55,444 nt of DNA, taken from contig CAMVMQ010000001.1 of the NCBI GenBank assembly GCA_947168625.1, positions 1 through 55,444 on the forward strand. Direction: 5' to 3'. The translations under genes and the position numbers were made by a program. The notes under the pieces were generated by a model that had not been told where the DNA came from, made no database searches, and saw nothing but the letters and a program-made list of their open reading frames with translations. Source of the DNA: an uncultured Bacillales bacterium (GTDB lineage Bacteria > Bacillota_I > Bacilli_A > RF39 > UBA660). Positions 52,731-55,444 of this stretch are shown in pieces (positions within the stretch are counted from its first letter, which is position 1; each line of letters starts with the position of its first letter).

Positions 52731-54185
52731 ATGAAATTAAAAGATTTATTAAAAGATGTTGAATATGATTTAGTAAAAGGAAATACTGATGTAGAAGTTA
52801 ATAATATTTATTATGATTCAAGAAAAGTAGAAGATGGTAGTTTATTCTACTGTATGGAAGGTGCATCTGTAGATGGTCATGACTATATTAGATCTGCTAT
52901 TGAGAAAGGTGCTAATAGTGTTATTGTATCTAAAGATATTGATATTGATGAAGACATTACTGTTATTAAAGTTAAAGATTCTAGAAAGATGCTTTCCAAG
53001 ATATCTATTAATTTCTTTAGAGAGCCGATGAATGAGCTTACAAGTATTGCAATTACTGGTACTAAAGGTAAGACAACAACGGCTTGGATGATTAAAAATA
53101 TTTTGGAGGAAGATGGTAAAAAAGTTGGTGTTATTGGTACTATGGGTGTCTTCTTTGGAGATAAACATTATAGTACTGTTAATACTACTCCTGAAAGTTA
53201 TGAAATACAAAAATATGCTAGAGAAATGGTTGATGATGGTATTAATTATTTAGTTATGGAGGTATCTTCTCAAGCTTTAAAAGTTGGTAGAGTTGATAAT
53301 CTTATTTTTGATTATGGTATTTTTACTAATTTAACTAAAGATCATATTGGAGAGAATGAACATCCTAATATGGAAGATTATATCTACTGTAAGAGTCTAT
53401 TATTTAAACAGTGTAAGCATGGTATATTTAATATTGATGATATTCATTATAGTGATATGATTAAAGAAAGTACGTGTGATATTTATACTTATGGTAAAAA
53501 TAATGATGCTAATTTGGTTATTAGTAAAATGAATCTACTTAGAGATAAGAATTTTATTGGTATAGAACTTAATACTGATGGTATGCTTAAAGATAGTTTC
53601 TTAGTTAATACACCAGGAGAGTTTTCTGCATATAATAGTGCTTGCGCTATTTTGACTACTCATTTAATAGGATGTAAAGTAAGTAGTATGAAGAGTGCTT
53701 TAAAGAAAGTTGCTGTTAAAGGTAGAGTGGAAATAGTACCAGGATTTGATAATTATAGTGTTATTATTGATTATGCTCACAATGGTGTTTCAATGGAGAA
53801 TATTCTTAGTACAATGAGAGGATATAATCCTAAAAGAATAGTTAGTTTATTTGGATGTGGTGGTAATAGAAGTAAAGATAGAAGATATGATATGGGTGAA
53901 GTAGCAGGACGTCTATCTGATTTTACGATTGTTACTGAAGATAATTCAAGATTTGAAAATGTTAACGATATAATGAATGATATTGAAGTTGGTCTTAAGA
54001 AAACTAATGGTAAATATATTAAGATACCAGATAGAAAAGATGCAATAAAATATGCTATTGATAATGCTATGGAGGGAGATATTATTCTACTACTAGGTAA
54101 AGGACATGAAACATATCAGGAAAAGAATGGTGAAAGATATCATTATGATGAAAGAGAAATTATTAAAGAAATTATGAATAATTAA
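52731..54185 (+). CDS. murE: UDP-N-acetylmuramoyl-L-alanyl-D-glutamate--2,6-diaminopimelate (or L-lysine) ligase MurE
   Basis: DSRKVEDGSLFYC..G..VDGHDY, ITGTKGKTTT, NTTPES, DYAHNG, GCGGNRSKDRR and GKGHE. The DAP-specificity motif position reads DNSR (the canonical motif is DNPR). Confidence 0.85.
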   Translation: MKLKDLLKDVEYDLVKGNTDVEVNNIYYDSRKVEDGSLFYCMEGASVDGHDYIRSAIEKGANSVIVSKDIDIDEDITVIKVKDSRKMLSKISINFFREPMNELTSIAITGTKGKTTTAWMIKNILEEDGKKVGVIGTMGVFFGDKHYSTVNTTPESYEIQKYAREMVDDGINYLVMEVSSQALKVGRVDNLIFDYGIFTNLTKDHIGENEHPNMEDYIYCKSLLFKQCKHGIFNIDDIHYSDMIKESTCDIYTYGKNNDANLVISKMNLLRDKNFIGIELNTDGMLKDSFLVNTPGEFSAYNSACAILTTHLIGCKVSSMKSALKKVAVKGRVEIVPGFDNYSVIIDYAHNGVSMENILSTMRGYNPKRIVSLFGCGGNRSKDRRYDMGEVAGRLSDFTIVTEDNSRFENVNDIMNDIEVGLKKTNGKYIKIPDRKDAIKYAIDNAMEGDIILLLGKGHETYQEKNGERYHYDEREIIKEIMNN

Positions 54186-54239
54186 TTTACATTTAATATA
54201 AATAATGTTAATATAGAAAAGAAAGAAGGAGATATGATT

Positions 54240-55444
54240 ATGATACCGTTTAAAAAAGCAAATATATTGTTACCTAAGAAAGGTACTGATATGACAAAAT
54301 GGTCAGTAGTAGCATGTGACCAGTATACTAGTGAACCTGATTATTGGAAGGAAGTAGAAGAAATAGTTGGAGATAACCCCTCAACACTTAGACTTACTCT
54401 TCCAGAAATATTTTTAGAAGAAGATGATGTTGAAGAGAGAATTGCTAAAATAAATAAGACAATGAAAGAATATATGGATGAAGATTTATTTGAAGAATAT
54501 CCAGATAGTCTTATCTATTTAGAGAGAACACAAAAGGATGGAAGAGTAAGAGAAGGTCTTATTGGTATGGTAGATTTAGAAGACTACTCTTATGAAAAAG
54601 GATCACAAACACTTATTAGAGCTACAGAAAAGACAGTAATAGAAAGAATTCCACCTAGACTTAAAGTAAGAGAGAATGCACTTCTTGAACTACCTCACAT
54701 CATGATTTTAATTGATGATGAAAAGAAAGATATTATTGAGAGTTTAAAGAATAAAGTAAACAGTGATGAAATAGTTTATGATTTTGATTTAATGGAAAAT
54801 GGTGGACATATTAAAGGATATAAATTAAGTGATGATGTTGCTGATGAAACTTTAAATAAGATTGAATATTTAGCAGATAAATCTACTTTTGAAGAAAAGT
54901 ATGATGTTAAGGATAAGGGTGTACTTTTATTTGCTATGGGTGATGGTAATCATTCATTAGCTACTGCTAAAGCTAATTATGAGAATTTAAAGAAGACTAT
55001 GACAGAGGAAGAATACTTAAATCATCCATCTAGATATGCTTTAGTAGAATTAGTTAATTTACATAGTGATGCTTTAGAGTTTGAACCAATACATAGAGTA
55101 ATATTTGATACTGATGTTGATAATTTAATTGAAGAACTTTACAAGTATTATGATATTAATGAAGAAGGAAATGGAGAGTATTTTGAATTAGTTACTAAAG
55201 ATATGGATAAGAAACTATATATAAGTAATCCTAAATCTAATATAGCAGTAGGTTCTATTCAAATGTTCTTAGATGAATATCTAAAAGACCATAAAGGCAA
55301 GATAGATTATATTCATGGAGATGAAACTACTAGAGAAATGGGTAGTAAAGAAGGTAATGTTGGTATTCTATTTAATGTTATGAAGAAAGAAGAATTATTT
55401 AAAACAGTAATATTAGATGGAGCTCTTCCTAGAAAAACTTTCTC
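54240..55444 (+). CDS. DUF1015-family protein, 3' end cut by the window edge
   Basis: The ATG at 54240 lies 8 nt after AAGGAG, and the frame is open to the end of the window. IRATEKTVIERIPPRLKVRE...LPHIMILIDD and FAMGDGNHSLATAKA resemble the DUF1015 blocks (..HE.T...k..drl.l.ra / iADGHHR). It is not in the ORF track because there is no stop. Confidence 0.55.
   Translation, partial: MIPFKKANILLPKKGTDMTKWSVVACDQYTSEPDYWKEVEEIVGDNPSTLRLTLPEIFLEEDDVEERIAKINKTMKEYMDEDLFEEYPDSLIYLERTQKDGRVREGLIGMVDLEDYSYEKGSQTLIRATEKTVIERIPPRLKVRENALLELPHIMILIDDEKKDIIESLKNKVNSDEIVYDFDLMENGGHIKGYKLSDDVADETLNKIEYLADKSTFEEKYDVKDKGVLLFAMGDGNHSLATAKANYENLKKTMTEEEYLNHPSRYALVELVNLHSDALEFEPIHRVIFDTDVDNLIEELYKYYDINEEGNGEYFELVTKDMDKKLYISNPKSNIAVGSIQMFLDEYLKDHKGKIDYIHGDETTREMGSKEGNVGILFNVMKKEELFKTVILDGALPRKTF

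Noticed and set aside
244-53210. About 25 short ORFs in the supplied track lie antisense or out of frame inside longer genes. Examples are 244-468(-), 1611-1829(-), 4321-4512, 5674-5925, 6545-6769(-), 6751-7026, 10551-10763, 12506-12712, 12965-13201, 14007-14231(-), 14625-14999(-), 17905-18129, 23057-23245(-), 27820-28038(-), 34179-34373(-), 34762-34992(-), 41327-41515(-), 41965-42147, 46198-46452(-), 46891-47118(-), 48598-48792(-), 50345-50542, 51729-51989(-) and 52842-53210(-).
   Set aside because: All are embedded in ORFs with strong family signatures. Their translations are low-complexity Ile/Leu/Phe/Asn/Ser strings typical of shadow frames in AT-rich DNA, and none has a convincing RBS.
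1-55444. Search for CRISPR arrays, tRNA/rRNA genes, IS elements, integrases and toxin-antitoxin pairs.
   Set aside because: I found no regularly spaced repeats and no GC-rich cloverleaf-sized intergenic segments, since all spacers are under 300 bp and AT-rich. There are no DDE or tyrosine/serine recombinase motifs. There are no small two-gene cassettes with TA-like features. The lone XRE gene at 11497 has no partner toxin ORF.

Overview
This is a very AT-rich chromosome segment, by eye well under one-third G+C, and almost all genes are on the plus strand. It looks like a low-GC Bacillota spore-former, since yunB, a cotJ operon, sspI and gpr are all present. The TGS-less ThrRS and the ABC-ATPase/FtsX fusions suggest the Erysipelotrichia / Mollicutes-related branch, but that is only a guess.

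Layout:
- 1 to ~6980: right-hand part of a Gram-positive conjugative element. It carries a PrgI-like gene, a VirB4 split into two ORFs, an M23 cell-wall hydrolase, a gene in the VirB8 position, and a VirD4/TraG coupling protein. The element is cut by the window edge.
- 7.0-28.7 kb: housekeeping and sporulation genes. These are a rhodanese gene, yunB, an orphan sufB coupled to an amidase, a secondary ssb, an XRE regulator, cotJ, cvpA, trxA, a TasA-like protein, holA, sspI, hemW, T-box-controlled thrS, cca, dnaD, nth, a radical SAM/SPASM gene, asnB and mtaB.
- 28.8-39.3 kb: transporter block. It holds a heterodimeric ABC exporter with one degenerate ATP site and a repeat-built extracytoplasmic insertion. 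It also holds a membrane-embedded XRE regulator followed by two tandem MacB-type ATPase-permease fusions.
- 39.4-55.4 kb: rpsT (with a 44-bp duplication of its 3' end flanking an inserted ORF), gpr, a CofE-like gene, gap, rny, ftsY and ylxM. ylxM is not followed by ffh. Instead there is a small TM ORF plus a stand-alone Clp-D1-like AAA+ gene, then a P-loop kinase-like gene coupled to alaS, murE and a truncated DUF1015 gene.

I saw no rRNA, tRNA, CRISPR array, integrase or transposase.

I found no complete, clearly novel multi-gene system. The most unusual loci are the split-VirB4 conjugation module, the sORF plus rSAM/SPASM pair, the repeat insertion in the ABC exporter, the membrane-XRE plus double MacB block, the rpsT-terminator duplication, and the D1-only AAA+ locus that sits where ffh is expected.

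All protein calls come from motif recognition and remembered homolog sequences. No searches were run.
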